Source: an uncultured Gemmatimonadaceae bacterium
GTDB lineage: Bacteria > Gemmatimonadota > Gemmatimonadetes > Gemmatimonadales > Gemmatimonadaceae
Length of the DNA: 64,000 bases
Assembly: GCA_963751275.1 (NCBI GenBank)
Contig: CAVVTZ010000009.1
Location: forward strand, 544,001 to 608,000
Direction: 5' to 3'
The notes below the pieces were generated by a model that was given only the letters and a program-made list of their open reading frames with translations, had not been told where the DNA came from and searched no databases. The position numbers and the translations under genes are program-made. Of the stretch, positions 32,040 to 45,478 are shown one piece after another (position 1 is the first letter of the stretch; every line of letters starts with the position of its first letter).

Positions 32040-32237
32040 AGAAATAGCTGATAGCGATTCTCATGTAGCGGCAGGGGCGGGCGCCGTTCCTATGATCGGC
32101 CGGATCCCCCCAGCGCCCGCGCCTCGGGCCCACGCGGCTGCTCTGGGCGCCTTGGCGCGCGTTCTCGCGGCGATATGGGGGCGCTTGAGCTTGGACCGCT
32201 GAGGCGTCTCCAATGCGCGCCGGGAGTATTGCCAAAG

Positions 32238-32275
32238 TAGCACAATAGTGCTATGTTTGTAGCACTATTGTGCCA
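32238..32275. promoter_or_regulatory. Operator palindrome upstream of the TA operon
   Basis: gcacaatagtgcta-tgtttg-tagcactattgtgc, a perfect 14-bp inverted repeat. Confidence 0.75.
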
Positions 32276-32295
32276 CGCATTCGAGGAACGTCACG

Positions 32296-32524
32296 ATGAT
32301 CCGTGAGATCAAATTGCGGCAGGTCGGCGGATCGATCGGCGCCACGCTGCCGAAGGACATGGCCGAGCGCCTTCATCTGGAGGCGGGCGACCGGGTGCTG
32401 GTCATCGAGACGGAGCGGGGGATCCTGCTCAGTCCGTACGACGCGAACGTCGAGCGCGCGCTGGCGATCGCCGCGGAGGCATTCGAAGAAGTACCGGAAC
32501 GCACTGCACGAACTCGCGAAGTAG
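32296..32524 (+). CDS. AbrB/MazE-type antitoxin; frameshift near 32482
   Basis: KLRQVGGSIGATLPK; the corrected C-terminus reads KKYRNALHELAK*. Confidence 0.88.
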
Positions 32525-32527
32525 AGA

Positions 32528-32920
32528 GTGCGCGAGCCCGTCTGGGTGCCGCGTCTCGTGCTGGAGGCGGTGCATCTCGATCAGCTCCGCGAGCACGGCG
32601 GACTCGCGGAGCTGCGCGACGAGAACGCGCTGGAAGCCGCGCTCAATCGCCCCCGGCAGAAGTGGCACTACGATCCGAAGGCGGATCTCGCCTCGCTCGC
32701 CGCGGCGTACTGTTTCGGCATCGCGCGCGATCACCCGTGGCGCGACGGCAACAAGCGGATCGCGTTCCTTGCGATGGTCATCTTTCTGGGACTGAACGGG
32801 CGGGAGCTGAAGGCGACGGAGACGGAGGTCGTCACGGTCATGCTGCGCGTCGCCTCAGGCGCTTCGACGGAAGCTGACCTGGAGAAATGGGTGCGCGGCC
32901 GGCTGGACACGCGCCGATAG
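32528..32920 (+). CDS. Death-on-curing (Doc/Fic) toxin
   Basis: HPWRDGNKR Fic-like motif; HGG...LRD...LE.AL.RP. Confidence 0.93.
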   Translation: MREPVWVPRLVLEAVHLDQLREHGGLAELRDENALEAALNRPRQKWHYDPKADLASLAAAYCFGIARDHPWRDGNKRIAFLAMVIFLGLNGRELKATETEVVTVMLRVASGASTEADLEKWVRGRLDTRR

Positions 32921-32938
32921 GCCGCGCGGCCGGCCGAG

Positions 32939-34453
32939 TTACGCCTTCGGGGCGGTCTCCAGCTTTGGGAACAGCGCGTCGCCCTTCTTCACCCGCCAAC
33001 CCTTCGGCTCGATGCGCGCGCTGAGCGACCCCGGCTCGTCCACCTCGCCCGGTGCGCCAAGTTGCTTCCAGAGCTCGGCGGCCTTCTCGGGGATGAACGG
33101 CGACATGCACCGCGCCACGCTCGCGATCACGTAGATCAAGGTCGCGAGGGTCTCCTCGAGCTCGGCGCGCTTCGCGGGGTCCTTCGCGAGCTTCCAGGGC
33201 GCCTGCTGGTCGACGTACTGGTTCATCGCGGCCGCGCGTGACATCAGATTCGCGAGACCCTCGTGCAGCATCAGGGAATCCATCGCGGCGTCGTAGTGCT
33301 CGAAGCTGCGCTTGGCGTTCACGGGCACCACACCGTCGCAGTACTTCTCGACCATCGCGATGGTGCGGCTCGCGAGATTGCCCAGCGCGTTCGCGAGGTC
33401 GGCGTTGTAGCGGTCGTCGAAGCGCTCCCAGCTGAAATTGCCATCGGTGTCGAACGGCACTTCGCGCATCAGGAAATATCGGAACGCATCGGCGCCGTAC
33501 TTGTCGATCGCTTCGCCCAGATCGAGCTTCACGCCGCTGCTCTTGGAGAATTTCTCGCCGGCGAGCTGCACGAAGCCGTGGGCCCACACCTTCTCGGGCA
33601 GCGGGAGACCGGCGGCCATGAGCATCGCGGGCCAGATCACGCAGTGGAACCGCGTGATGTCCTTGCCAATGACATGCAATTGCGCCGGCCAGCGCGCCTC
33701 GAAACCCGCGGCGGGGAAGCCGGTGGCGGTGAGATAGTTCGGCAGCGCGTCGAACCAGACGTACGTGGTCTGCCGGTCGCCATCGCTCGTGGGGCGGGGG
33801 AAGGGCACACCCCACTTGAGACGCGAGCGGCTCGCCGAGATGTCGTCGAGCCCGCCGCGCAGCAGCGCGAGGATCTCGTTGCGGCGGCTTTCGGGCTGGA
33901 CGAATTCCGGGCGCATCTCGATATGGGCGAGAATGCGATCCGTGTACGCGCTCAGCTTGAAGAACCAGTTCTTCTCCTCGACCCATTCCAGCGTGAGCGT
34001 GGGATGGAGCACGCACTTCCCGTCCTTGATCTCGGCGTCCTGCTTGAAGCTCTCGCAGCCCACGCAATAGTTGCCGGCGTACGCCTTCTCGTAGAAATCG
34101 CCGGGGTTGGTCTGGAAGATCCGCTCGATGAGCGCCTGCACGCCCTTCACATGCGCGGGCGCGGTGGTGCGCATGAACTGATCGTAGGACACATTGAGCC
34201 GCTTCCACATCGCCTGGAATTTCTCGGCGATGCGATCGGTCTGCTGCTGCGGCGTGACTCCCGCGGCCGCGGCGGCCTGCTCCACCTTCTGACCGTGCTC
34301 GTCCATGCCGATGAGCAGCCACACATCATCACCCTTGAGCCGGTGATACCGTGCGATCACATCGGCCGCGATCTTCTCATAGGCGTGCCCGATGTGCGGC
34401 TCGCCATTCGAATAATCGATCGCTGTGGTGACGTAGAACTTACTCTTAGCCAC
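32939..34453 (-). CDS. metG: Methionine-tRNA ligase (short form)
   Basis: TTAIDY.NG.PHIGH, YVWFDAL.NY, GKDITRFH, KFSKS. Confidence 0.97.
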   Translation of the reverse strand: MAKSKFYVTTAIDYSNGEPHIGHAYEKIAADVIARYHRLKGDDVWLLIGMDEHGQKVEQAAAAAGVTPQQQTDRIAEKFQAMWKRLNVSYDQFMRTTAPAHVKGVQALIERIFQTNPGDFYEKAYAGNYCVGCESFKQDAEIKDGKCVLHPTLTLEWVEEKNWFFKLSAYTDRILAHIEMRPEFVQPESRRNEILALLRGGLDDISASRSRLKWGVPFPRPTSDGDRQTTYVWFDALPNYLTATGFPAAGFEARWPAQLHVIGKDITRFHCVIWPAMLMAAGLPLPEKVWAHGFVQLAGEKFSKSSGVKLDLGEAIDKYGADAFRYFLMREVPFDTDGNFSWERFDDRYNADLANALGNLASRTIAMVEKYCDGVVPVNAKRSFEHYDAAMDSLMLHEGLANLMSRAAAMNQYVDQQAPWKLAKDPAKRAELEETLATLIYVIASVARCMSPFIPEKAAELWKQLGAPGEVDEPGSLSARIEPKGWRVKKGDALFPKLETAPKA

Positions 34454-34458
34454 GCGCG

Positions 34459-35595
34459 CTAGGCGGAGGGTGGCGACGGAGGCGCGTTGCCCGACGGCGG
34501 CGTGCCGCCGCTCCCGCCTTCACGGCGTCCGCCGCGGCGGCCGCGACGGCGGCGGCGGGGACCACTGGGTCCCTCGGACGGGGTGGAGCCTTCGGGGCGG
34601 GGAGGACGCGACGCAGCCTTCGACTGCGGACTGGCGACTGTCGGCTGGCGACTGTCGGTGCCTGCGGAACTGCCTTCCTCCTCGAGGATCGAGTCGCCAT
34701 CGGCTACCACTGGGTACGTGCCGGTGTCTTCGCGCTCCTCTTCCGCCGCGGCGGGCTGCGTGACGCCGGCGATCTCGGCTTTGTATTCCACGAGCGTGAT
34801 GATGCGCGTCTCACCTTCGGCGTTCCGCAGCGTCACGCGGTCGTTGAAAATATCATTGAGCACGATCTTCTCTTCGCCGAGCGCGGTGGTGACGACCTTC
34901 CCCTCCTTCGGGAATCGCTTGCGCGCGGCGGCGTAGAATTCGTGCTCGTAGCGCAGGCAGCACATGAGGCGGCCGCAGGCGCCGCTGATCTGGCTGGGGT
35001 TGAGCGACAGCTTCTGATCCTTCGCGGCCTGCAGGTTCACCGGACGCAGATCCGGCAGCCAGCTGGCCGAGCAGTAATCGCGGCCGCAGCGGCCAATGCC
35101 GCCGAGTCGCTTGGCTTCGTCGCGCACGCCGATCTGCTTGAGTTCGATGCGGGTACGGAAGAGTCCCGCGAGATCGCGCACGAGCGCGCGGAAATCCACG
35201 CGCTTCTCGGCGGTGAAATACAGCGTGATCTTCCGCTTGTCCCACTGCCACTCGGCGTCGCTGATCTTCATCTGCAGCTTGTGCACGCGCACGCGGTCGG
35301 CGGCTTTGCGGCGGGCTTCATCATCGAGGGCGCGGAGTTCGGCGTGCTTGCGTTCGTCTTCGCCGGAAGCGGTGCGGAGCACCTTGTGCGCCGGCGTGGG
35401 AGTGGCGCCGAGTCCGTGCGCGCAGCCGGCGCAGCGTTTCTCGGCGGCTTCGCCGGTGGCGTGGACTTTGCCGAGATCCTCGCCGCGATCGACCTCCACG
35501 ATCACGCTGGCGCGTGGCGCGAGAGGCTGTTCGCCCTCCCAGAGGAAGAATTCCTTGCGGTTGCCCTTGAAGGCAACTTCGGTAAGATGCGGCAT
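34459..35595 (-). CDS. PSP1/RicT (YaaT) family protein
   Basis: YFTAEKRVDFR.LVRDLA, GGIGRCGR..C, KDQ.LSLNP..ISGACGRLMCCLRYE. Confidence 0.95.
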   Translation of the reverse strand: MPHLTEVAFKGNRKEFFLWEGEQPLAPRASVIVEVDRGEDLGKVHATGEAAEKRCAGCAHGLGATPTPAHKVLRTASGEDERKHAELRALDDEARRKAADRVRVHKLQMKISDAEWQWDKRKITLYFTAEKRVDFRALVRDLAGLFRTRIELKQIGVRDEAKRLGGIGRCGRDYCSASWLPDLRPVNLQAAKDQKLSLNPSQISGACGRLMCCLRYEHEFYAAARKRFPKEGKVVTTALGEEKIVLNDIFNDRVTLRNAEGETRIITLVEYKAEIAGVTQPAAAEEEREDTGTYPVVADGDSILEEEGSSAGTDSRQPTVASPQSKAASRPPRPEGSTPSEGPSGPRRRRRGRRGGRREGGSGGTPPSGNAPPSPPSA

Positions 35596-35634
35596 TAACT
35601 ACAATCTACTAGCGCGGGTTGAAAACCGGGCGTA

Positions 35635-35796
35635 CCCCTAACCACGTACTTGGTCCCCCGAACGCCGTGTTTGGCAGGGGAGGCGTGGCAACGGAACACG
35701 GCGTCCTTGGTATTGAAAACCCCAAGGACGCTAGAGCCGTTACCACCACTCAGTTGCCAAACACGGGGTTCGGGGGACCAAATACGCCGTACAGGG
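35635..35796. repeat. Empty hairpin element of the IR-cassette family
   Basis: cgtacttggtcccccgaacgccgtgtttggca ... tgccaaacacggggttcgggggaccaaatacg. Confidence 0.85.
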
Positions 35797-35801
35797 AGTC
35801 G

Positions 35802-36764
35802 TTATTCGGTGACCATCCCCATGCGCAAGAACTTTTCCCTGCGCCGCCGGACCAATTTGTCCGGCTTTACGCGCCGCAGATCATCCAACGCGCTGGTGAG
35901 CGCGCCTTGGAGCGACTTCGCCGCGGCGGCCTGGTCGATATGCGCACCACCGAGCGGCTCAGGGACGATCTCGTCGATCACGCCGAACTCGAGCAGGTCG
36001 GTGGCCGTGATCCGCAGCGCCTTGGCGGCGCGCTCCTTCATCTCCACGCTCTTGCCGTCCTTCCACAGGATGGCGGCGCAGCCTTCCACGGTGATCACGG
36101 AGTAGATCGCGTTCTCGAGCATCAGCACGCGGTCCGCGACGCCGAGGGCCAGCGCGCCACCGGATCCGCCCTCGCCGATGACCGTGGCGACGATCGGCAC
36201 TTCGAGGCGGCTCATCTCGAGGAGGTTCCGCGCGATCGCCTCGCTCTGTCCGCGCTCCTCGGCGCCCAATCCGGCCCACGCGCCCGGGGTGTCGATGAGC
36301 GTGAGCACCGGCACCTGGAATTTCTCGGCGAGCTTCATCAGGCGCAGCGCCTTGCGGTACCCCTCGGGGTGCGGCATGCCGAAGTTGCGGCGGAGATTCT
36401 CCTTCGTGTCGCGGCCGCGCTGGTGGCCGATGACCATCACCGTCTCGCCGTCGAGCCGCGCCCAGCCGCCGACGATCGCGGGGTCCTCGCGGAAGGCGCG
36501 GTCGCCATGCAACTCGATGAAATCGGTGAAGGCGAGCGCGATGTAGTCGAGCGTGAAGGGGCGCTTGGAATTGCGCGCGACCTGCACGCGCTGCAGCGGC
36601 GAGAGGTTCCCATAGACGATGCGGCGCAGCTCGTCGAGCTTCGCCTCGAGCGGGGCGATCTCGGCGTCCATGTTCACCTGCCCCTGCGCGCCGGTCTTCC
36701 GGAGCTCCTCGATCTGCTTCTCGAGCTCGAGGATCGGCCGTTCGAACTCCATCGTCGAACCCAT
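35802..36764 (-). CDS. accA: Acetyl-CoA carboxylase carboxyltransferase alpha subunit
   Basis: ELHGDR, NFGMPHPEGYRKA, IDTPGA, GEGGSGGAL. Confidence 0.98.
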   Translation of the reverse strand: MGSTMEFERPILELEKQIEELRKTGAQGQVNMDAEIAPLEAKLDELRRIVYGNLSPLQRVQVARNSKRPFTLDYIALAFTDFIELHGDRAFREDPAIVGGWARLDGETVMVIGHQRGRDTKENLRRNFGMPHPEGYRKALRLMKLAEKFQVPVLTLIDTPGAWAGLGAEERGQSEAIARNLLEMSRLEVPIVATVIGEGGSGGALALGVADRVLMLENAIYSVITVEGCAAILWKDGKSVEMKERAAKALRITATDLLEFGVIDEIVPEPLGGAHIDQAAAAKSLQGALTSALDDLRRVKPDKLVRRRREKFLRMGMVTE

Positions 36765-36765
36765 G

Positions 36766-40254
<3,489 letters not shown>

Positions 40255-40393
40255 AGCTCGATGCTCGCGGGGGGCTGGGAGCTATATTATAGCTCGATGT
40301 TAAGGAGAGGGTGAGATGAGGTCTAACGGCTAGCGTCGACGTGAGCCGTTAGAACGGCACCGTTCCGAACGCAAACGACTAACCACTGGATAC

Positions 40394-42106
40394 ATGCGAT
40401 TCTCTGCGATAGCCGCCACCGCCACGATCCTCGCGACGGCCGCCTGCAGCAGTTCCGGCTCGACCGCCACGACGGACACCTGCTCCGGCGCGGTCATCAC
40501 GCTGAACCCGGATGAGGTCACCACGGTGCCGGCCACCGACGCGGCGTGCGTGTCGGCGCCCGCGGACGGATCCACGTACATCGTGTCGCCGCAGTTCAGC
40601 GGCAGCAGCGGGACCGCCACGGTGAACTATGAGATGGGCTCCCAACCGGCGACGCAGCAGGACGTGTCGCCATACCTTGCGAGCGGCAATGGCGTGCGCG
40701 CATTCCCCGCGAATCACCGGGTGCGCGGTCTGCAGCAGAGCTTCGACTACATGCTGCGACAGAAGGAGCGCCTGCTCGCGGGCGCGGGGGGCAAACAGGT
40801 TCGGTCGCAGCAGAACGTCATCTCGGCGGGACCGCCGCCGCTCGGCTCGACCCGCATCTTCCAGGTCTGCGGCGGCCTCGACTGCAATCCGAGCGCGTTC
40901 AAGACGGACACGGCGATCGCGCAGTACGTCGGGACCAAGATCGCGATCTACGTCAGCCAGCGGACGCCGTCGGGCGGATTCACCGCCGGGGACATCACCG
41001 CGATGGGGAACACCTTCGATCAGGACCTGTATCCGATCGACGTGAACGCGTTCGGCGCGCCGTCCGACCTCGATGCGAACGGCATCGTGATCGTGCTCAT
41101 GACGCCGTACGTCAATGCGATCACGCCGTCTTCCGAGTGTGCGACGCTCGGCTACGTCGCCGGGTTCTTCTACGGCAACGATCTCACGAACGGGCAGAAT
41201 TCGAATCACGGCGAGATCTTCTACTCGATGGTCCCGGATCCGACGGGCAGCTTCAGCTGTCCCCACGCCACATCGAGCGTCGGGCCGATCGTGCTGCCGA
41301 CGTTCATCCACGAGTTCCAGCACATGATCTCGTGGAACCAGCATGTGATCCTGCGCCCGAGCCCCGGTACGCCCGAAGAGACGTGGCTCAACGAGGGGAT
41401 GAGCCACATGGCCGAAGAACTCGGCTCGCTCTACTATGAGAACAAGTATCCGCCGCCGACGGGGCGCACCGATCCGTCGCAGCTCTTCCCGGATTCGTCG
41501 CAGGGGTTCATTGGCGGGGACCTGTTCAACTCCTACTCGTACCTCGAGAACTCGGGCGCCTCGTCGATCACCGTGTTCGCGAACTCGGGCTCGCTCGAGG
41601 AACGCGGGGGCGCATGGCTCTTCCTGCGCTGGCTCACCGATCTCAAGGGGCAGTCGATCCTGGCCGCGCTCGACCAGACGTCGCTCACCGGCGTCGCGAA
41701 CGTCGCCGCGCAGGCGGGAGAACCGTTCAACGGACTGTTCGGTGATTTCACGGCGGCCGTGTTCGGCGACAGCCTGCCTGGCTTCCCGCGCACGACCGTC
41801 ACGGCGCGCGACCGGTTCCAGTCGCGCAATCTGCGGCAGATCTACAACCGCATCTATACCACATCGCTGGGCGGCACGAATCCGCTGCCCACGCCGTTCC
41901 CGGTGGTGGCGATGACGCTGCCGGTGGGCGCGAAGAGCACGTCGAGTATGCTGATCGGGACGATGGAATACTGGAAGCTCACGATGCCGTCGTCGGGAAC
42001 CGAGATGCGCTTGCATTTCCAGAAGCAGGGGGGCGGGAGCTTCCCGTCGAGTTACGGCGCTCAGTTGAGCGTGCTGCGCTGCCCCTCGGCGTCGGCGTGC
42101 CCGTGA
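40394..42106 (+). CDS. Lipoprotein zinc metallopeptidase (M30-like)
   Basis: TAAC lipobox; HEFQH...WLNEG motif. Confidence 0.75.
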   Translation: MRFSAIAATATILATAACSSSGSTATTDTCSGAVITLNPDEVTTVPATDAACVSAPADGSTYIVSPQFSGSSGTATVNYEMGSQPATQQDVSPYLASGNGVRAFPANHRVRGLQQSFDYMLRQKERLLAGAGGKQVRSQQNVISAGPPPLGSTRIFQVCGGLDCNPSAFKTDTAIAQYVGTKIAIYVSQRTPSGGFTAGDITAMGNTFDQDLYPIDVNAFGAPSDLDANGIVIVLMTPYVNAITPSSECATLGYVAGFFYGNDLTNGQNSNHGEIFYSMVPDPTGSFSCPHATSSVGPIVLPTFIHEFQHMISWNQHVILRPSPGTPEETWLNEGMSHMAEELGSLYYENKYPPPTGRTDPSQLFPDSSQGFIGGDLFNSYSYLENSGASSITVFANSGSLEERGGAWLFLRWLTDLKGQSILAALDQTSLTGVANVAAQAGEPFNGLFGDFTAAVFGDSLPGFPRTTVTARDRFQSRNLRQIYNRIYTTSLGGTNPLPTPFPVVAMTLPVGAKSTSSMLIGTMEYWKLTMPSSGTEMRLHFQKQGGGSFPSSYGAQLSVLRCPSASACP

Positions 42107-42131
42107 TCGCGTGAGCGAACGCCCGAAAGAC

Positions 42132-42165
42132 GGAGCCCGGCGGCACGAGTCGCCGGGCTCCTTCT
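42132..42165 (+). terminator. Hairpin after the peptidase
   Basis: ggagcccggcg...cgccgggctcc followed by ttct. Confidence 0.6.
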
Positions 42166-42179
42166 CATCCTGGCGCCGC

Positions 42180-43242
42180 GTGTGGCGCTGGGCCTGGTGC
42201 GCGGCACTGGTGCTGCTCGCGGCGCTCATCCTGTTCGCGGCCGCGACCCCGATGGGGCGGTATCTCGCGCGCGCGGGCTGGGCCGAGGCGCACATCCTCG
42301 CACGGCGCCGCCCCATCGCGGCGCTCGTGACGGATCCCGCGACCGATGCCCGCACGCGCGCGAAGCTCGGCCTCGTGCTCGCGGCGCGCGGCTTCGCGGC
42401 GGACTCGCTGCATCTGGATGCGCGCGAGAGCTTCACGACGTACAGCGCGCTCGATCATGACACGCTCGTGCTGGTGGTATCGGCCGCGTACCGCGACACG
42501 CTCGCGTTCCACACGTGGTGGTTCCCCATCGTGGGGAGCGTGCCGTACAAGGGATACTTCCGCGCCGCGGACGCGCTCGCGGAAGCGGCGTCGCTCGAAC
42601 GCGCGGGCTACGACACGATCGTGCGGCCGGCGTCGGCGTTCAGCACGCTGGGATGGTTCAACGACCCGCTGCTCTCGACCACGCTCGCGGAGGACAGCGC
42701 GTCGCTCGCGAACACGGTGATCCACGAGCTGCTGCACAACACGTTCTATGCGCCCGGCTCATCCGCCTTCAACGAAAGCTTCGCGAACTTCGTGGGCTCG
42801 CGCGGCGCCGAGCGATTCTTCCTGGAGCGCGGCGACAGTGTGCAGGCGGCGAAGGAGCGGCTGGACTGGGAGCGGGAGAAATTCCTGGGGCGGTTCTGGA
42901 GCGGCGTGTATCGCGCGGTGGATTCCGCGTTCAAGGCGCATCCCGGGGACCGGGCGGCGCGGCTGGCGGCGCGTGACACGGTGTTCGCGCGCACGCGCAT
43001 CTGACTTCGAGCGTGAGGTGAAACCCAACGTACCGGGGCTGCCGCCGGGCGCGCCGCTCTTGCTGCGGCTCGACAACGTGATGGTGATGTCGCGGCGCCT
43101 CTACCGCACGGGGCTCGACGATTTCGACGCGGTGTACGCGCGCGAAGGGAACGATCTCAACAAGGCGATCGCGAAGATCATCGAGCTGGCGCGCGCGAAC
43201 CCGAAGGATCCGTTCGCCGCGGTGCGCGAATCGCTGAGATAA
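42180..43242 (+). CDS. Putative zinc aminopeptidase; frameshift near 43001, start uncertain
   Basis: WWFPIVG.VPYKGYF, AFSTLGWF.DP, IHELLH, FNESFA; C-terminus continues in ORF 42748..43242. Confidence 0.85.
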
Positions 43243-43244
43243 GG

Positions 43245-43390
43245 CGCGTGTGGGGCCTCGTACCGCTCGAACGGCGCGTCTGGGAGGCAGCGTGTGGTAC
43301 GGCTCTGCGGGAGTGGTACTACTCACGCCGAGCGGTACTACACGCTGCCTCCCAGACGCGCCGTTCGAGCGGTACGAGGCCCCACATGCG
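43245..43390. repeat. About 146-bp near-perfect palindrome between convergent genes
   Basis: Perfect 47-bp arms at 43249-43295 and 43340-43386, extending inward with a few mismatches. Confidence 0.92.
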
Positions 43391-43393
43391 TAG

Positions 43394-45433
43394 TCAGGTA
43401 CTGAAGCGCCCGCGGAGCAACGCGCGCAGGTCCACCGGCTCACCGGTGAGTGGCGCGGCGGGCGCGCCGGGGCCGGGCAGCACATCGGGCGCGGCGGCGA
43501 CGCGCGTCATCAGTTCGCGCACGCCGGGATCGATGAAGCGGCTCAGCTGGTCCACCGAATACTCCGTGCCGAAGCGCGACTGATAGGCGTTCAGCGGATA
43601 GACCGCGTGCAGGTGTTTCCGCGCGCGCGTCATCGCGACGTACATCAGGCGGCGTTCTTCTTCGGTGTCCTCGTCGGAGCCGAGCGAGCGGTTGGAGGGG
43701 AACCAGCCATCGGCGGCCCAGATGATGAACACGGCATCCCACTCGCGCCCTTTCGCACTGTGCGCGGTGCTGAGGATGAGCGCGTCGTCCTCCGTGTCGG
43801 GGCCGCTCGAGAAGTCCTGTGTCTTGGACGGCGGCTCGAGGGCGAGCTCGCTCAGGAACGCCGCGCGGTTCGGGAACGAACCGGCGATCACTTCGAGCTG
43901 CGCGAGGTCGGCGAGCCGCGGCTCGGCGCGGTCGTAGCGTTCGCGGAGAATGTCGTCGTACATCGCGCGGAGCGCGGCGATCTCTTCGCTCACCGTGCGC
44001 TCTCCGCCCGCGGGGTCTGGCTTGCTCAACACCGTGAGCAGCAGCGAGAGCGACGCATGCGCGAGCCGCGCGCGCGGCGGCGGCGTCCACGCGGCGAACG
44101 CTGCCGGATCCCACGACCGCTCGGCCATGAGCGCGAGCGCCTGGCGCGCGGTGATGTCGCCGATGCCGGGGAGAAGCGTGAGCACGCGGAACCAGCTCAC
44201 CTCGTCGCGCGGATTCTCGAGGATGCGAAGAAAAGCGAGCACGTCCTTCACGTGCGCCGCCTCGAGGAACTTGATGCCGCCCCACTTCTCGAAGGGGATC
44301 TGGCGGTTCGTGAGCTCGATCTCGAGGTCGGCCGACATGTAACCGGCGCGGAAGAGCACGGCGATCTCGCGCAGCGGCGTGCCGGCTTCGTGCAGTTCGA
44401 GCACGCGGTCCACCACGTACTGGGTCTGCTCGTGCTCGTCGCGCGCGGCCACGAGCAGCGGGCGTTCGCCCCCGGTGCGCGTGGTGAACAGCTGCTTCGT
44501 GTAACGCTGCCGCGCGCGGGCAATGAGCGCATTGCTCACGTCGAGCACCGGCTGCGTTGAGCGGTAGTTCTGCTCGAGCGTCACGATCGTCGCGCCCGGA
44601 AACTGCTTGGGGAAGTCGAGCATGTTGCGCACCGTGGCGCCGCGGAAGCTGTAGATGCTCTGCGCATCGTCGCCGACGACGGTGATGTTCTTGTGCGTCG
44701 CGGCCATGCCGCGCAGGATGCGCGCCTGCAGGACGTTGGTATCCTGGTACTCATCCACCAGCACGTGATCGTAGAGCGAGGAGATCCGCGCGCCGAGCTC
44801 GGGGGCCTGCTCGAGCATGAGCGCCCAGAGGAGGAGCAGGTCGTCGTAGTCGAGGAGATTGCGCTCGGCCTTGCGCGCCGTATAGTCGGCGAACGTGCGG
44901 ATGATGTCGGGGATGTCGGCTTCGAACTGCGGGAACTCATCGCGCACGATCGCGTCCACGGCGAGCTCGGTGTTCACGTGGCGCGAGTAGATGTGGTGCA
45001 GCGTCTCCTTCTTGGGGAAACGCGATTTGCGCTGCGCGAAGCCGAGGTGCGCGCGCGACATGCCGGTGAGATCCTCGGCGTCGCTCTGATCGAGGATCGT
45101 GAAGTCCTTCGCGATGCCGGCGTGCTGGCCGTAGGCGCGGAGGAGGCGGTGCGCGGTGGCGTGGAAGGTGCCGCCGTGAACGCGGCCGGTGGCGCTGCCG
45201 ACCAAGCGCTCGGCGCGCGCGAGCATCTCCTGCGCGGAGCGGCGAGTGAACGTCAGCAGCAGAATGCGATCGGGGCGCACGCCGCGGCCGATGAGATGGG
45301 CGACGCGGTACACTAAGGCGCGAGTCTTTCCGGTGCCCGCTCCGGCCACAATGAGGAGTGGGCCATCTCCATGAGTTGCGGCGGCCAGTTGGCCGGGGTT
45401 CAACTCGGAGGAGAAATCAGGAGCGGGGGACAT
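43394..45433 (-). CDS. UvrD/PcrA/Rep family helicase
   Basis: AGAGTGKT, VDEYQDTN, VGDDAQSIYSFRGA, LEQNYRS, EERRLMYVAMTRA. Confidence 0.96.
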   Translation of the reverse strand: MSPAPDFSSELNPGQLAAATHGDGPLLIVAGAGTGKTRALVYRVAHLIGRGVRPDRILLLTFTRRSAQEMLARAERLVGSATGRVHGGTFHATAHRLLRAYGQHAGIAKDFTILDQSDAEDLTGMSRAHLGFAQRKSRFPKKETLHHIYSRHVNTELAVDAIVRDEFPQFEADIPDIIRTFADYTARKAERNLLDYDDLLLLWALMLEQAPELGARISSLYDHVLVDEYQDTNVLQARILRGMAATHKNITVVGDDAQSIYSFRGATVRNMLDFPKQFPGATIVTLEQNYRSTQPVLDVSNALIARARQRYTKQLFTTRTGGERPLLVAARDEHEQTQYVVDRVLELHEAGTPLREIAVLFRAGYMSADLEIELTNRQIPFEKWGGIKFLEAAHVKDVLAFLRILENPRDEVSWFRVLTLLPGIGDITARQALALMAERSWDPAAFAAWTPPPRARLAHASLSLLLTVLSKPDPAGGERTVSEEIAALRAMYDDILRERYDRAEPRLADLAQLEVIAGSFPNRAAFLSELALEPPSKTQDFSSGPDTEDDALILSTAHSAKGREWDAVFIIWAADGWFPSNRSLGSDEDTEEERRLMYVAMTRARKHLHAVYPLNAYQSRFGTEYSVDQLSRFIDPGVRELMTRVAAAPDVLPGPGAPAAPLTGEPVDLRALLRGRFST

Positions 45434-45478
45434 TCTCAGGAATGTAACGCTCGGGACTCGGGACTCGGGACTCGCGAA

